The notes under the pieces: model-generated
Database searches by the model: none
The model's input: the letters and a program-made list of their open reading frames with translations, nothing else
What the model was told of the DNA's origin: nothing
In this document: piece after piece, positions 8,543 through 17,890 of the stretch
How the letters are laid out: every line of letters starts with the position of its first letter
Position numbering within the stretch: position 1 is the stretch's first letter
Made by a program: the position numbers and the translations under genes
Assembly (NCBI GenBank): GCA_044451405.1
Contig: JBIOKB010000009.1
Span: 1-29,460 of the forward strand
DNA length: 29,460 nt
DNA from: Candidatus Babeliales bacterium
GTDB lineage: Bacteria; Babelota; Babeliae; Babelales; Vermiphilaceae
Reading direction: 5' to 3'

Positions 8543-10420
8543 ATGATTACGGTTATTAGAAGACAACTTATTGAAAATAAAGCATATAAAGTGTTTATAT
8601 GGGGTATGATCATACTCATGATTATATCATTGGGACTCCCCTCTATAATGAATCAGTCATCACAACAAAATTCATGGGTTGCTTTGGTTAATGATACACC
8701 TATAGCGTATGACGAATATAGTCGCAAGGTTGCTGACTATGAATATAAAATACGCATGTTTAGGCAGCAATTTGGTGATTCATTTATGCAGGCGTTGAAC
8801 CCACAAACTCTTGCATTAGATACGTTGATTCGTAATGAGTTGCTCGGACAGGTAGCACGTATGGTACCTGTAGCACTTGATGAAGAAGTGGTGCATAATG
8901 CTCTTTCCGATACTGATTTTGTCTACCAAGAATTATCTGATATAGTGCCACCAGATGTTATTGATCCAACACGGGGTATCAATGAGGATCAGTTAAACCA
9001 GCATTTGCGTGCGTTGCATATAAGTCAGACAGAATTTCATGATAAAGTTACTGATTCAATGCAGCGGTCATTAATTAAGGATTTGGTAGGCTTATCTGCG
9101 TATACCCCATTAACACAACTTAAACAACAGTATATGCATGAGTATGCAACTAAGAAGTTTTCTGTGCTTAAAGTATCGTATCAGGATTGTTTTAAAATAG
9201 CGCAGAAAAACGGGGTTTCTGATCAGGAATTACAAGCATTTTTTGATGCAAATAATAGTGCATCTGGTTCTTATTATCTGCCTGAAAATCGGGCGGGAAT
9301 TGTGGCAACCGTTCATGCGCGTGATTATGGGATTGTAGTATCTGATAGTGAGATTGAGCAGTATTATAATGACCATAAAACACAGGAATTTATTGATACG
9401 CCAGTACAGGTTCAAGTCCGCCACGTAGTTGTTGCATCTGCTGAGCAAGCACAGCAATTGCGTACAGAATTGGTGCAACACCCAGAGAAGTTTGCAGCTA
9501 AAGGTAAGTTGCTCCCTGTATTTGCGCGTACTAGTACCAATGAACCTGTGCGTGAACGAGCAGCGTTTTTACTTAAAGAAGATGGGGCCATTTCAGAGAT
9601 AATAACAACTAGTGAGGGATTTGAAATTCTGCAACGGGTAAAACGTATTCCAGCTACCTATATATCATTAGCACAGGCAACTAAAAAAATCCGTGCCACA
9701 GTAACCAATGCTTCTTTTTCTACCCTGTTTACTAAAGGTATGGCTGAGGTAGTACAAAAATCAGAAAAAGAACGGGGAATTTTAGATTGGTATGTGAAAG
9801 AGCATACAGGGACGATAGTTGAACATCCATTAACCGATAATGATGGTTCTATGGTTATGACCCAGTTATTTAATCTTAAAAACGGGCAATCTACCTATTA
9901 TGTAGAAGGCGATACAGCAACTATTGTTATGCTTACCAGGATTGAACCGCGCCATATACCTGCATTAGATGCAGTGCGTAGTAAAGTAGAGCGCGATTAT
10001 TACGCACAACAAGCACAGCAGATGGTACAAGATATGATACATACCGTACAAGCAGAGAGTACAACCCACGCATATGCTGAATTAAGTAAGCGCTATAAGC
10101 TTTCTTTAATTACGACACCGTCTTTTAAAAAGGGAGATTCGGCGATACTTACATCATTACAAGATCAGCACCTTCCCGTTAGCAAGATGTTACAAATAGA
10201 AAAAATTGGGGCGACTATTTCAGAAGAGCACGAAGGAGATGGTTATATCGTGCGCCTTGATGAAATAAGCCCTATTTACGAACAGGAATTTGAGCTACAC
10301 AAGAAAGATCTGATCGCTCAAATTGGGCGTGAAAATGCACAGATGGTGGACGCTGGTTTTGTTGCTTCTTTGTATAGACATGCTACAATAAAGCAAAATG
10401 AATTGCTGTTAACCACGTAA
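8543..10420 (+). CDS. ppiD: PpiD-like periplasmic chaperone (SurA N-domain plus degenerate parvulin)
   Basis: N-terminal TM, WVALVNDTPI, ALDTLI..ELL, VSDSEIEQYY, PVQVQVRHV; 625 aa. Confidence 0.75.
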   Translation: MITVIRRQLIENKAYKVFIWGMIILMIISLGLPSIMNQSSQQNSWVALVNDTPIAYDEYSRKVADYEYKIRMFRQQFGDSFMQALNPQTLALDTLIRNELLGQVARMVPVALDEEVVHNALSDTDFVYQELSDIVPPDVIDPTRGINEDQLNQHLRALHISQTEFHDKVTDSMQRSLIKDLVGLSAYTPLTQLKQQYMHEYATKKFSVLKVSYQDCFKIAQKNGVSDQELQAFFDANNSASGSYYLPENRAGIVATVHARDYGIVVSDSEIEQYYNDHKTQEFIDTPVQVQVRHVVVASAEQAQQLRTELVQHPEKFAAKGKLLPVFARTSTNEPVRERAAFLLKEDGAISEIITTSEGFEILQRVKRIPATYISLAQATKKIRATVTNASFSTLFTKGMAEVVQKSEKERGILDWYVKEHTGTIVEHPLTDNDGSMVMTQLFNLKNGQSTYYVEGDTATIVMLTRIEPRHIPALDAVRSKVERDYYAQQAQQMVQDMIHTVQAESTTHAYAELSKRYKLSLITTPSFKKGDSAILTSLQDQHLPVSKMLQIEKIGATISEEHEGDGYIVRLDEISPIYEQEFELHKKDLIAQIGRENAQMVDAGFVASLYRHATIKQNELLLTT

Positions 10421-10435
10421 AAAAGAAAATTCAAT

Positions 10436-11566
10436 ATGAAAATTAAACACGGCAGCAAAAATAGTGCGCAAGAGCGCACTACAGCGTTTAAACCTGGTGA
10501 TGAAACCGTAACTACCGAACAAGCCTCTAAGAAAAAAGCTCTAGAAGTTACCTTTGCTCAAATTGATAAGCAGTATGGTAATGGGGCCGTAATGCTTTTA
10601 GGGCAAGCAGGCCATGCCAATGTTGAAGCGATTTCAACCGGGTCCATTCTTATTGATCAAGCAATTGGTGTCGGTGGCTTTCCACGAGGACGGGTTATTG
10701 AAATTTACGGTCCAGAATCTTCCGGTAAAACAACGCTTGCACTTCAGGCTATTGTTCAATCCCAAAAAATTGGCGGTATTTGCGCATTTATTGATGCTGA
10801 ACATGCTATGGATCCCGTATATGCAGCTAAAATAGGTATCAATATAAATGATCTTATCATTTCTCAGCCTGATTATGGTGAGCAGGCGCTTGATATTGCT
10901 GAAATGCTTATTCGTTCTGGGGCTGTTGATATTATTGTTATTGACTCGGTGGCAGCTCTCGTGCCTAAGGCGGAACTTGAAGGAGATATGGGTGATTCCC
11001 ATATGGGCTTACAAGCGCGGCTTATGTCCCAGGCGTTGCGCAAGTTAACCCCCGTGGTGCATAAGTCAAAGACTATTCTTATTTTTATCAATCAAATACG
11101 TCAAAATATTGGTGCTATGCCCTTTGCTCCTAAGGAAACTACAACCGGCGGTAATGCGCTTAAGTTTTATGCATCATTACGTCTTGATGTGCGTAAAATA
11201 GGAAGTCTTAAAAAGGGGGACGTTCATTTTGGCAATCGAGTGGCAGTAAAAGTGGTAAAAAATAAAGTAGCGGCACCATTTAAGCGTGTTGAGCTTGATT
11301 TGCTTTTTAATGAAGGTATTTCTAAAGAATTAGATCTTCTTGATGCAGCATTGCACTATGGCGTTATTATGGCTTCAGGCTCGTGGTTTTCTTATGAAGG
11401 AGCTAAAATTGCTCAAGGGAGAGACCAAGCGCTTTCTTATTTAAAAGCTCATGCAGATGTTGTAGCTGATATGGCGGTAAAAGTTAAAAAAGCTATTGTT
11501 GCAGGCTCATTGATGAGTGATCTCGCTCATCAAGGTGGTGCCAATGAGCAGGAACTAGCAGAATAA
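10436..11566 (+). CDS. recA: Recombinase A
   Basis: [42 protein letters not shown]. Confidence 0.99.
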   Translation: MKIKHGSKNSAQERTTAFKPGDETVTTEQASKKKALEVTFAQIDKQYGNGAVMLLGQAGHANVEAISTGSILIDQAIGVGGFPRGRVIEIYGPESSGKTTLALQAIVQSQKIGGICAFIDAEHAMDPVYAAKIGININDLIISQPDYGEQALDIAEMLIRSGAVDIIVIDSVAALVPKAELEGDMGDSHMGLQARLMSQALRKLTPVVHKSKTILIFINQIRQNIGAMPFAPKETTTGGNALKFYASLRLDVRKIGSLKKGDVHFGNRVAVKVVKNKVAAPFKRVELDLLFNEGISKELDLLDAALHYGVIMASGSWFSYEGAKIAQGRDQALSYLKAHADVVADMAVKVKKAIVAGSLMSDLAHQGGANEQELAE

Positions 11567-11579
11567 TGGTTAAAACAGT

Positions 11580-12143
11580 ATGAATAAAGGTAGTTATATA
11601 TTGAAAGAAAAAAAAGAATTAGCTCCGGCAATTAATGAAAGAATCCGTGCTGATCGACTTAAATTGATTGCCGCAGATGGTGAAAATGTAGGAGTTGTTT
11701 CTCGCCATCAAGCATTGCGTATGGCAGAAGAGGCGCATCTTGATTTGGTTGTTATTGCTGAAGAAAAAGATGGTATGCCGATAGCTAAAATCATGGATTT
11801 TGGCAAATCGATGTATAAAAAGAAGAAAAAACAGCTTGAAGCCAAAAAGAATCAGCGCGTTATTCAAGTTAAAGAAGTAAAAATGAGTCCTAAAATTGGT
11901 GAGCATGATTATCAAACTAAAATGAAGCAAGCAGCACAGTTCTTGAACGAAGGAAAACGGGTAAAGATTACTTTGTTTTTCAAAGGAAGAGAAAATGCTA
12001 CAAGAGATGAACGTGGTAAAGAGCTCTTTGTTAAGATAAATCAAACGTTGGAAGAGATGGATCTTTTAAAGAATTTGGTTCAAGAAACAGATGCTCAAGC
12101 AGGCCAATTTTGGTCACGAATTTATTATTTAAAAAACCAGTAA
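11580..12143 (+). CDS. infC: Translation initiation factor IF-3 (true start may be ATA 11598 or TTG 11601)
   Basis: INERIR, LDLV, KIMDFGK, KEVKMSPKIGEHDY, FKGRE; followed by rpmI-rplT. Confidence 0.97.
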   Translation: MNKGSYILKEKKELAPAINERIRADRLKLIAADGENVGVVSRHQALRMAEEAHLDLVVIAEEKDGMPIAKIMDFGKSMYKKKKKQLEAKKNQRVIQVKEVKMSPKIGEHDYQTKMKQAAQFLNEGKRVKITLFFKGRENATRDERGKELFVKINQTLEEMDLLKNLVQETDAQAGQFWSRIYYLKNQ

Positions 12144-12189
12144 ATGGTGCGCCTAGTGCACCAATAGTATTTGCTCTATAGGATTTCAT

Positions 12190-12384
12190 ATGCCAAAAAT
12201 GAGAACGCGTTCAGCGGCTAAAAAACGATTTAAGAAGTTGCCAAGTGGTAAGATTAAACGTGCGCACGGTTTCCGTCGCCATTTGCTTACGGGCAAAACA
12301 TCAAAAAGAAAGCGTCAATTGCGTAAGGGAGGATTAGTAAATCCATCTGATCATAAGCATATTGCGCTTTTATTACCTTATTAA
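12190..12384 (+). CDS. rpmI: 50S ribosomal protein L35
   Basis: MPKMRTRSAAKKRFK...HLLT.K..KRKRQLR...LLPY. Confidence 0.98.
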   Translation: MPKMRTRSAAKKRFKKLPSGKIKRAHGFRRHLLTGKTSKRKRQLRKGGLVNPSDHKHIALLLPY

Positions 12385-12419
12385 TATATAAACGGATTTG
12401 TACTTAGAGGGATATTGTT

Positions 12420-12767
12420 ATGACACGTGTAAAACGCGGTATAATGGTCAAAAAACGCCATAAACGTTTATTGAAACAAACAAAAGGATTCTGGGGTCAA
12501 CGTAAAAACGTATTTAGACGCGCAAAAGAAACCTTGTTGCGTGCTATGGCATACGCATTTAAGGGCCGTAAATTAAGAAAGCGTGACATGCGCTCATTAT
12601 TTATTAGCCGTATTAGTGCTGCAGCAAAACAACGCGGTCTTTCTTATAACGTATTTATACATGGATTAAAAAAAGCTCAGGTTGATCTTAATAGAAAGAT
12701 GCTCAGTCAGCTTGCTATTTATGAACCAGAAGCATTCTCTCAGATTGCTAAGATGGCAAAAAGTTAA
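12420..12767 (+). CDS. rplT: 50S ribosomal protein L20
   Basis: MTRVKRG...KGFWG...RKRDMRSLFISRI...LNRKMLSQLA. Confidence 0.98.
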   Translation: MTRVKRGIMVKKRHKRLLKQTKGFWGQRKNVFRRAKETLLRAMAYAFKGRKLRKRDMRSLFISRISAAAKQRGLSYNVFIHGLKKAQVDLNRKMLSQLAIYEPEAFSQIAKMAKS

Positions 12768-12773
12768 TCTTTC

Positions 12774-12803
12774 TTGACTTTATTTTACGTGGCTTACTAG
12801 AAT
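12774..12803 (+). promoter_or_regulatory. Sigma70-type promoter for the zapB-like/zapA/rny block
   Basis: TTGACT-N18-TAGAAT in the gap after rplT; GGGGAG RBS before ATG 12849. Confidence 0.55.
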
Positions 12804-12848
12804 GGGTGCGTAATAATAAGCGAAAGAAATTAACAGACGGGGGAGAGT

Positions 12849-13124
12849 ATGGAAAAGTTGACCGTTTTAGAGCAAAAAATTACTGCACTTGCTCAGTTGG
12901 TAAAGACGTCACGAGAAGAAAATGCGCGTTTAGTGGAACACAATGCACGTCTTACCGAGCGAAATGCTGAATTAGAAAAACAACGAGCGGCGCTTGAAAA
13001 ATCCATGCTCGGTGATACCAACCGTATTAAGAAGTTTGATGAAGAACAAGAACTTACAAAAACTGTTATTGATGATTTGATTCATAGTATCGATTCGTTA
13101 ATTGAGAATGAACATCAGCAATGA
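12849..13124 (+). CDS. Coiled-coil cell-division protein, ZapB-like
   Basis: Heptad pattern (LEQKITAL..ENARL..NARL..NAELE); overlaps zapA by 4 nt (ATGA). Confidence 0.7.
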   Translation: MEKLTVLEQKITALAQLVKTSREENARLVEHNARLTERNAELEKQRAALEKSMLGDTNRIKKFDEEQELTKTVIDDLIHSIDSLIENEHQQ

Positions 13125-13411
13125 TTAATAAAAATAAACAGTGTAAAGTACATATTTTTGGTGATGAGTACTCTCTGGTAAGTAATGAATCGGAAGAGCA
13201 TATTAAAGCAGCAGCTCACCTGGTTGATTCACTTATACGAGATATTGCGCACAAGGGATCAGTGCATCAGGATAAAAAGGTTGTGGTGCTTGCCGCATTA
13301 CAACTTGCAAGCAAAGCATTACTCTTAGAGCAAGAACTTGCCGATAAAAAACTTCAGGAAGAACGGTTAGCTACTTTGCTTGATACAACGCTTGAGCCTT
13401 TTTCCTCATAG
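13121..13411 (+). CDS. zapA: Cell division protein ZapA
   Basis: VHIFGDEYSL..ESEEHIKAAAHLVD..I..I...VVVLAALQLA; typical position upstream of rny. Confidence 0.88.
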   Translation: MINKNKQCKVHIFGDEYSLVSNESEEHIKAAAHLVDSLIRDIAHKGSVHQDKKVVVLAALQLASKALLLEQELADKKLQEERLATLLDTTLEPFSS

Positions 13412-13564
13412 TACATCTCTTTCTTCTTTATCAATATTTAGGTTGGTTTCTATCCTGTCTGTTGTGTGCTATCAGCATACGATATAATGCCATTTTGTTG
13501 CACTTGAGAATGTAGTAAAAAGAAGCAGGATTAACATGAGAATTATATTAAGTCAGGAAAATCA

Positions 13565-15127
13565 ATGGTAGGGTTCACTAGTATACTTATGATCGTTGGC
13601 AGCGGGAGCCTTGCCTTAGCGGCTTTTTTATTGTTTTACGCACGAAAAAAGACCCATAGAGCTGAGGTATTACTCAAAGAGTCGCGCGATCAATGGAAAA
13701 ATGCAAAACAAGAAATAGAAGCAGAAAAACGAGAATCATTACTCAAAATTAAAGATGAGATTTATAAAAAAAGAAGTGAATTTGAGCTTGAAAAAAAGCG
13801 GGAGCGCGTCGAGCTTGAACGCTTGCAAAGTAAGCTCAATGGTAAATATGAATCTATTGAGAAAAAGGAACAACAATTAGATGCGTTACGCCTTGAATTA
13901 GCGCAAAAAGAACGGGAACTGTCTCGTACGGAAGATACCGTGCGTATCCATGAAACTAAAGTTAAAACATTCTATAACGACCTGATTACCAAGTTAGAGC
14001 GTATTAGTGGTATGACGCGTGAAGAAGCAAAACAAACGTTGCTCTCCACTCTTGAAGATGAAGTTGCTATGTCAAATCAAAAGTGGCTTCAAAAAATAGA
14101 AGAAGAAACAAAACAAGCAGCGCGTGAAAAAGCAACATCAATTATTGTGGGCGCAATGCAACGCTATACTGCTGAGCAGGTTACTCCTCATTCATCAAGT
14201 GTTGTTCATCTTCCTAATGAAGAGATGAAAGGGCGTATTATTGGTAAAGAAGGACGCAATATAAAATCCCTTGAAATGTCCACCGGTATGGAATTTGTTA
14301 TCGGGGAGACACCGGAAATTATTACTATCTCAGGCTTTAATCCCGTACGTCGCGAAATTGCCCGCCGTTCCCTTGAACGGTTGATTGCTGATGGGCGTAT
14401 TAATCCAACCCGTATTGAAGAGACGGTAGAACGGGTAGAAAAAGAAATTGAAGAGCTTATAGAAGAATATGGTAAAGAAGTAACCCTTGAGTTTAATTTA
14501 CAAGGCATCAAACAAGAGGTTATTACGTTATTGGGTAAATTGCATTTTAGAACCAGCTTTTCACAAAATGTGCTTATGCATTGCAAAGAAGTTGGTATGT
14601 TTGCTCGATTAATTGCTGAAGAGTTAGGGCTTGATGGGTCGTTGGCATTACGTGCTGGATTGTTACATGATATTGGTAAAGCAGTTACCGCAGAAGTTGA
14701 AGGACCGCATGCGACTATTGGTGGTGATATTGCAAAGCGTAGTGGCGAAGATCCTATTATAGTTAATGCAATTGCTGCTCACCATGAAGAAGTGCCCTTT
14801 GCCTCTATTTATGCCCCCATTGTAGTTATAGCTGATACTATTTCAGCTTCCCGGCCAGGCGCTCGCCGTGAAACACTGACCGCCTATATTAAACGTCTTG
14901 AAAAACTTGAAGAAATAGCTATGTCTTTTGAAGGCATTAAAAAGGCATACGCATTGCAAGCGGGACGCGAAATTAGAATTATCGTTGAAGAAGATCGTAT
15001 GAATGATGAACAAGCGATCGTATTGGCACGTGAAATTGCTCGCCGTGTGGAACAAGAAATGAACTTCCCTGGACAAATAAAAATCAATGTAATTCGTGAA
15101 AAACGAGCTATTGAATATGCAAGGTAA
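13565..15127 (+). CDS. rny: Ribonuclease Y
   Basis: N-terminal TM, coiled coil, KH domain (MKGRIIGKEGRNI), HD domain (LLHDIGK) and YALQAGRE. Confidence 0.98.
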   Translation: MVGFTSILMIVGSGSLALAAFLLFYARKKTHRAEVLLKESRDQWKNAKQEIEAEKRESLLKIKDEIYKKRSEFELEKKRERVELERLQSKLNGKYESIEKKEQQLDALRLELAQKERELSRTEDTVRIHETKVKTFYNDLITKLERISGMTREEAKQTLLSTLEDEVAMSNQKWLQKIEEETKQAAREKATSIIVGAMQRYTAEQVTPHSSSVVHLPNEEMKGRIIGKEGRNIKSLEMSTGMEFVIGETPEIITISGFNPVRREIARRSLERLIADGRINPTRIEETVERVEKEIEELIEEYGKEVTLEFNLQGIKQEVITLLGKLHFRTSFSQNVLMHCKEVGMFARLIAEELGLDGSLALRAGLLHDIGKAVTAEVEGPHATIGGDIAKRSGEDPIIVNAIAAHHEEVPFASIYAPIVVIADTISASRPGARRETLTAYIKRLEKLEEIAMSFEGIKKAYALQAGREIRIIVEEDRMNDEQAIVLAREIARRVEQEMNFPGQIKINVIREKRAIEYAR

Positions 15128-15130
15128 TAC

Positions 15131-15952
15131 ATGAAAATGCGCGTAGCTTTTTTAGGAGATATTGTTGGACCAACAGGGTGTGCTCTATTGCAAAAACATA
15201 TAGCGCGTATTAAGTCCGATTATATGATTGATGCGGTTATTGTTAATGGAGAAAATAGCGCGCGTCAGGGACGTGGTATTACTCCTGGCATTATGAAATT
15301 CTTTAAACATTGTGGTGTTGATGTGGTTACTTCAGGTAACCACATTTGGCAATGTAAGGATATTTATTCCTATCTTGCAGAACACAAAGATCTGCTTCGT
15401 CCTGCCAATTTCCCGACGGATAACCCAGGGACTGGCGTTACTACCTTTATGTGTAAGGGATATGAAATTGCGGTTATTAATCTGCAAGGGCGTGTTTTTA
15501 TGCGTGAACAGAGTAACTGTCCGTTTCGTACTGCTGAATCGCTCTTAACCTATGTTAAGAGTAAAACTAAGCTTATTTTTGTTGATTTCCATGCAGAAAC
15601 AACGTCTGAAAAAATGGGATTAGCCTACTTTTTAGATGGCAAAATTAGCGGATTTGTAGGTACCCACACCCATATACAAACGGCTGATGAGCGTATATTG
15701 CCTAATGGTACCGCCTATATTACTGATTTAGGTATGGCTGGCTCATTAAATTCGATGCTGGGGATGAAGAAAGAGCCTATTATTCACCACTTTATTACCC
15801 AAATGCCAACCAAATTCGAAGTTGATACGGCAGCGCCGGGGGTGTTAAGTGGGGTATGGATAGAGGTTGATACTGATACAGGATTAGCGACTGATATTCA
15901 GCGTATACGTATTATTGATCATGATTTGCAGGTCGCAGTAGATGATATGTAG
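15131..15952 (+). CDS. ymdB: YmdB/TIGR00282 family metallophosphoesterase
   Basis: GDIVG, NGENSA, TSGNH, RPANF, DFHAETTSEK, GTHTH, TDLGMAG. Confidence 0.95.
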   Translation: MKMRVAFLGDIVGPTGCALLQKHIARIKSDYMIDAVIVNGENSARQGRGITPGIMKFFKHCGVDVVTSGNHIWQCKDIYSYLAEHKDLLRPANFPTDNPGTGVTTFMCKGYEIAVINLQGRVFMREQSNCPFRTAESLLTYVKSKTKLIFVDFHAETTSEKMGLAYFLDGKISGFVGTHTHIQTADERILPNGTAYITDLGMAGSLNSMLGMKKEPIIHHFITQMPTKFEVDTAAPGVLSGVWIEVDTDTGLATDIQRIRIIDHDLQVAVDDM

Positions 15953-15964
15953 TATGGAGTCACT

Positions 15965-16912
15965 ATGTTCTTAGTTATTGTACTGTACATGCTTATGGCA
16001 AGTACGTTTACGTTTGCAAAAGCGGCTCTATTTTATGCGCCGCCTATATTATTTATAGGGGTACGTATGACGCTGGCAGGCATCATGCTCCTTTCATATC
16101 TGTGGTTTCGTTCACCTTCCCAATTGCATATTGAGCGTAAGCATTGGCATTTAATTGCACAGATTATTCTGTTTCATATTTATGGAGCCTATATTTTTGA
16201 GTTTGTTGGGTTACGTTTTGTTAGTTCATCAAAAGCCTGTTTACTCTATAACTTAATGCCATTTATAACGGCACTCTTTTCATACCTATTGTTAGGTACT
16301 CGTCTTACACGTACACAAATGATAGCGTTGTGTATTGGTTTTCTTGGATTTATTCCCATGATGTTTAGTACTAGCGCACAAGAAATAAGTGGTGGTAGTT
16401 TACTAGGCATATCAACGGGTGAACTATTAATTATTGGATCTGTCTGTTGTGCCGTACAGGGATGGATGGTCATGAAAATATTAGTACGCTCAGGATATTC
16501 GCCGATTACGATTAATGGCATGGGAATGCTTGTTGGTGGGGTGCTCGCATTAATTACATCATTACTTGTAGAAGGGATGCCGCATCTTGTGCAACAGCAG
16601 GGTGAATTAACATTTCCATTACATACATGGCTTGCACAGTATAACGGGTCACCGCTTTTTATGTGCGCAGTATACACCGTGCTGCTTATTATTATTGCTA
16701 ACATCATTGCCTATAATTTATATGGCTATTTATTAAGAACGTATTCTGCCACATTTATGTCATTTGCGGGCTTTACTGCACCATTATTTGCAGTAGTATA
16801 CGGATGGCTATTATTGGGGGAAACGGTTACTGCCTGGTTTTTTGTATCGCTTATTATTGTTTTTTACGCGTTATATCTCTTTTATCAGGATGAGTTAGGT
16901 ACAAACACATAA
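15965..16912 (+). CDS. EamA/DMT family transporter
   Basis: About 10 TM helices in two repeats; PFITALFSYLLLG and PLFAVVYGWLLLGE motifs. Confidence 0.9.
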   Translation: MFLVIVLYMLMASTFTFAKAALFYAPPILFIGVRMTLAGIMLLSYLWFRSPSQLHIERKHWHLIAQIILFHIYGAYIFEFVGLRFVSSSKACLLYNLMPFITALFSYLLLGTRLTRTQMIALCIGFLGFIPMMFSTSAQEISGGSLLGISTGELLIIGSVCCAVQGWMVMKILVRSGYSPITINGMGMLVGGVLALITSLLVEGMPHLVQQQGELTFPLHTWLAQYNGSPLFMCAVYTVLLIIIANIIAYNLYGYLLRTYSATFMSFAGFTAPLFAVVYGWLLLGETVTAWFFVSLIIVFYALYLFYQDELGTNT

Positions 16913-16921
16913 GGGGTTTTT

Positions 16922-17383
16922 ATGCAGATTATCCCACTATCTAAAGCTGAGTTTGATAAGCATATCAGCCAATCACAACATACCTATGCATATTATCGCA
17001 TAGGGAATGCACCATTAGAGGTTATTTCTACATCCCGTGGGGCATTTCAGGCATCGTTTGTTTCCCACATCCCTCATGCTACATCGTATAGCTCATTAGA
17101 CGAACTGAATGTGCCGTTACTCTGTACGGGGACACCATTTCAAATTAAGGTTTGGCAGGCAGCATTAGCTATTACTCCGGGAACAACAGCTACGTACCAT
17201 AATCTTGCTCATACCATAGGGCATGCGCAAGCATACCGTGCGGTAGGAAGTGCGCTTGGTAAGAATAAACTTGCGTATCTTATTCCGTGCCATCGGGTAG
17301 TAAAAAAAGATGGAGATTTGGGGAATTATAGGTGGGGTAGGGAGGTAAAGGAAGCGTTGTTGGGGTTAGAATTAAATAGTTAG
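16922..17383 (+). CDS. ogt: Methylated-DNA--protein-cysteine methyltransferase
   Basis: GTPFQIKVW, AYRAVGSA, IPCHRVV active site, LGNYRWG. Confidence 0.95.
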   Translation: MQIIPLSKAEFDKHISQSQHTYAYYRIGNAPLEVISTSRGAFQASFVSHIPHATSYSSLDELNVPLLCTGTPFQIKVWQAALAITPGTTATYHNLAHTIGHAQAYRAVGSALGKNKLAYLIPCHRVVKKDGDLGNYRWGREVKEALLGLELNS

Positions 17384-17407
17384 GAGCCTTCATTGCAAAG
17401 GCTCCTA
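17381..17407. terminator. Hairpin between convergent ogt and histone-like genes, probably a bidirectional terminator
   Basis: TAGGAGCCTT-CATTGCA-AAGGCTCCTA, a perfect 10-bp stem. U-tracts are weak on both strands. Confidence 0.7.
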
Positions 17408-17433
17408 TAGCTTTCTACAAGTAGCTTTAAAGC

Positions 17434-17577
17434 TTAACGCTTAGAAGCTTTACGTCTTGCAGTTTTACGACGAGTTGTTTTTCTTTTAGCTGTACGTTTT
17501 ACTGCTTTTTTACGTCTTGCAGTTTTTCTTTTTGGTGCTGCAGCTTTCTTTCTGCGTACCACTCTCTTCTTTGCCAT
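17434..17577 (-). CDS. 47-aa very basic protamine/histone-H1-like protein
   Basis: AAAAAGGAGA RBS 6 nt before ATG 17577. Sequence MAKKRVVRRKKAAAPKRKTARRKKAVKRTAKRKTTRRKTARRKASKR has 27/47 K+R and no acidic residues. Confidence 0.88.
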   Translation of the reverse strand: MAKKRVVRRKKAAAPKRKTARRKKAVKRTAKRKTTRRKTARRKASKR

Positions 17578-17632
17578 AATCGTTCTCCTTTTTGTTATGG
17601 TCAGAGTTTTCCCTTTATTTCCACTTAATTCC

Positions 17633-17662
17633 ATATTACACAATTTATTTTTTTAAAATCAA
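17633..17662 (-). promoter_or_regulatory. Candidate sigma70 promoter for the histone-like gene
   Basis: Minus strand TTGATT-N18-TAATAT, in a very AT-rich gap where chance matches are likely. Confidence 0.35.
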
Positions 17663-17890
17663 TAGTTGTAATACAAAATTAAAATTTATTTTACCTAAAA
17701 TTATCAATTTTTATAAATTTTTGGCTGTTTTTATATGTTTGAAAATTCGTGTCAATCGTACTATTGGTAAAAATGGGATTATTATACATAGAACGTATTA
17801 ATATGAGGCATTTTTTTATATTTTTTATGCCATTTTTTTTACTATACTATGAGCGCTGGCGATCATTTTTAAGGTAAAAAAAGGGGTATT

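Noticed and set aside
17592-17801. 69-aa + strand ORF, and the longer 17643 start for the histone-like gene
   Set aside because: AT-rich promoter DNA without an RBS; the strong SD supports ATG 17577.
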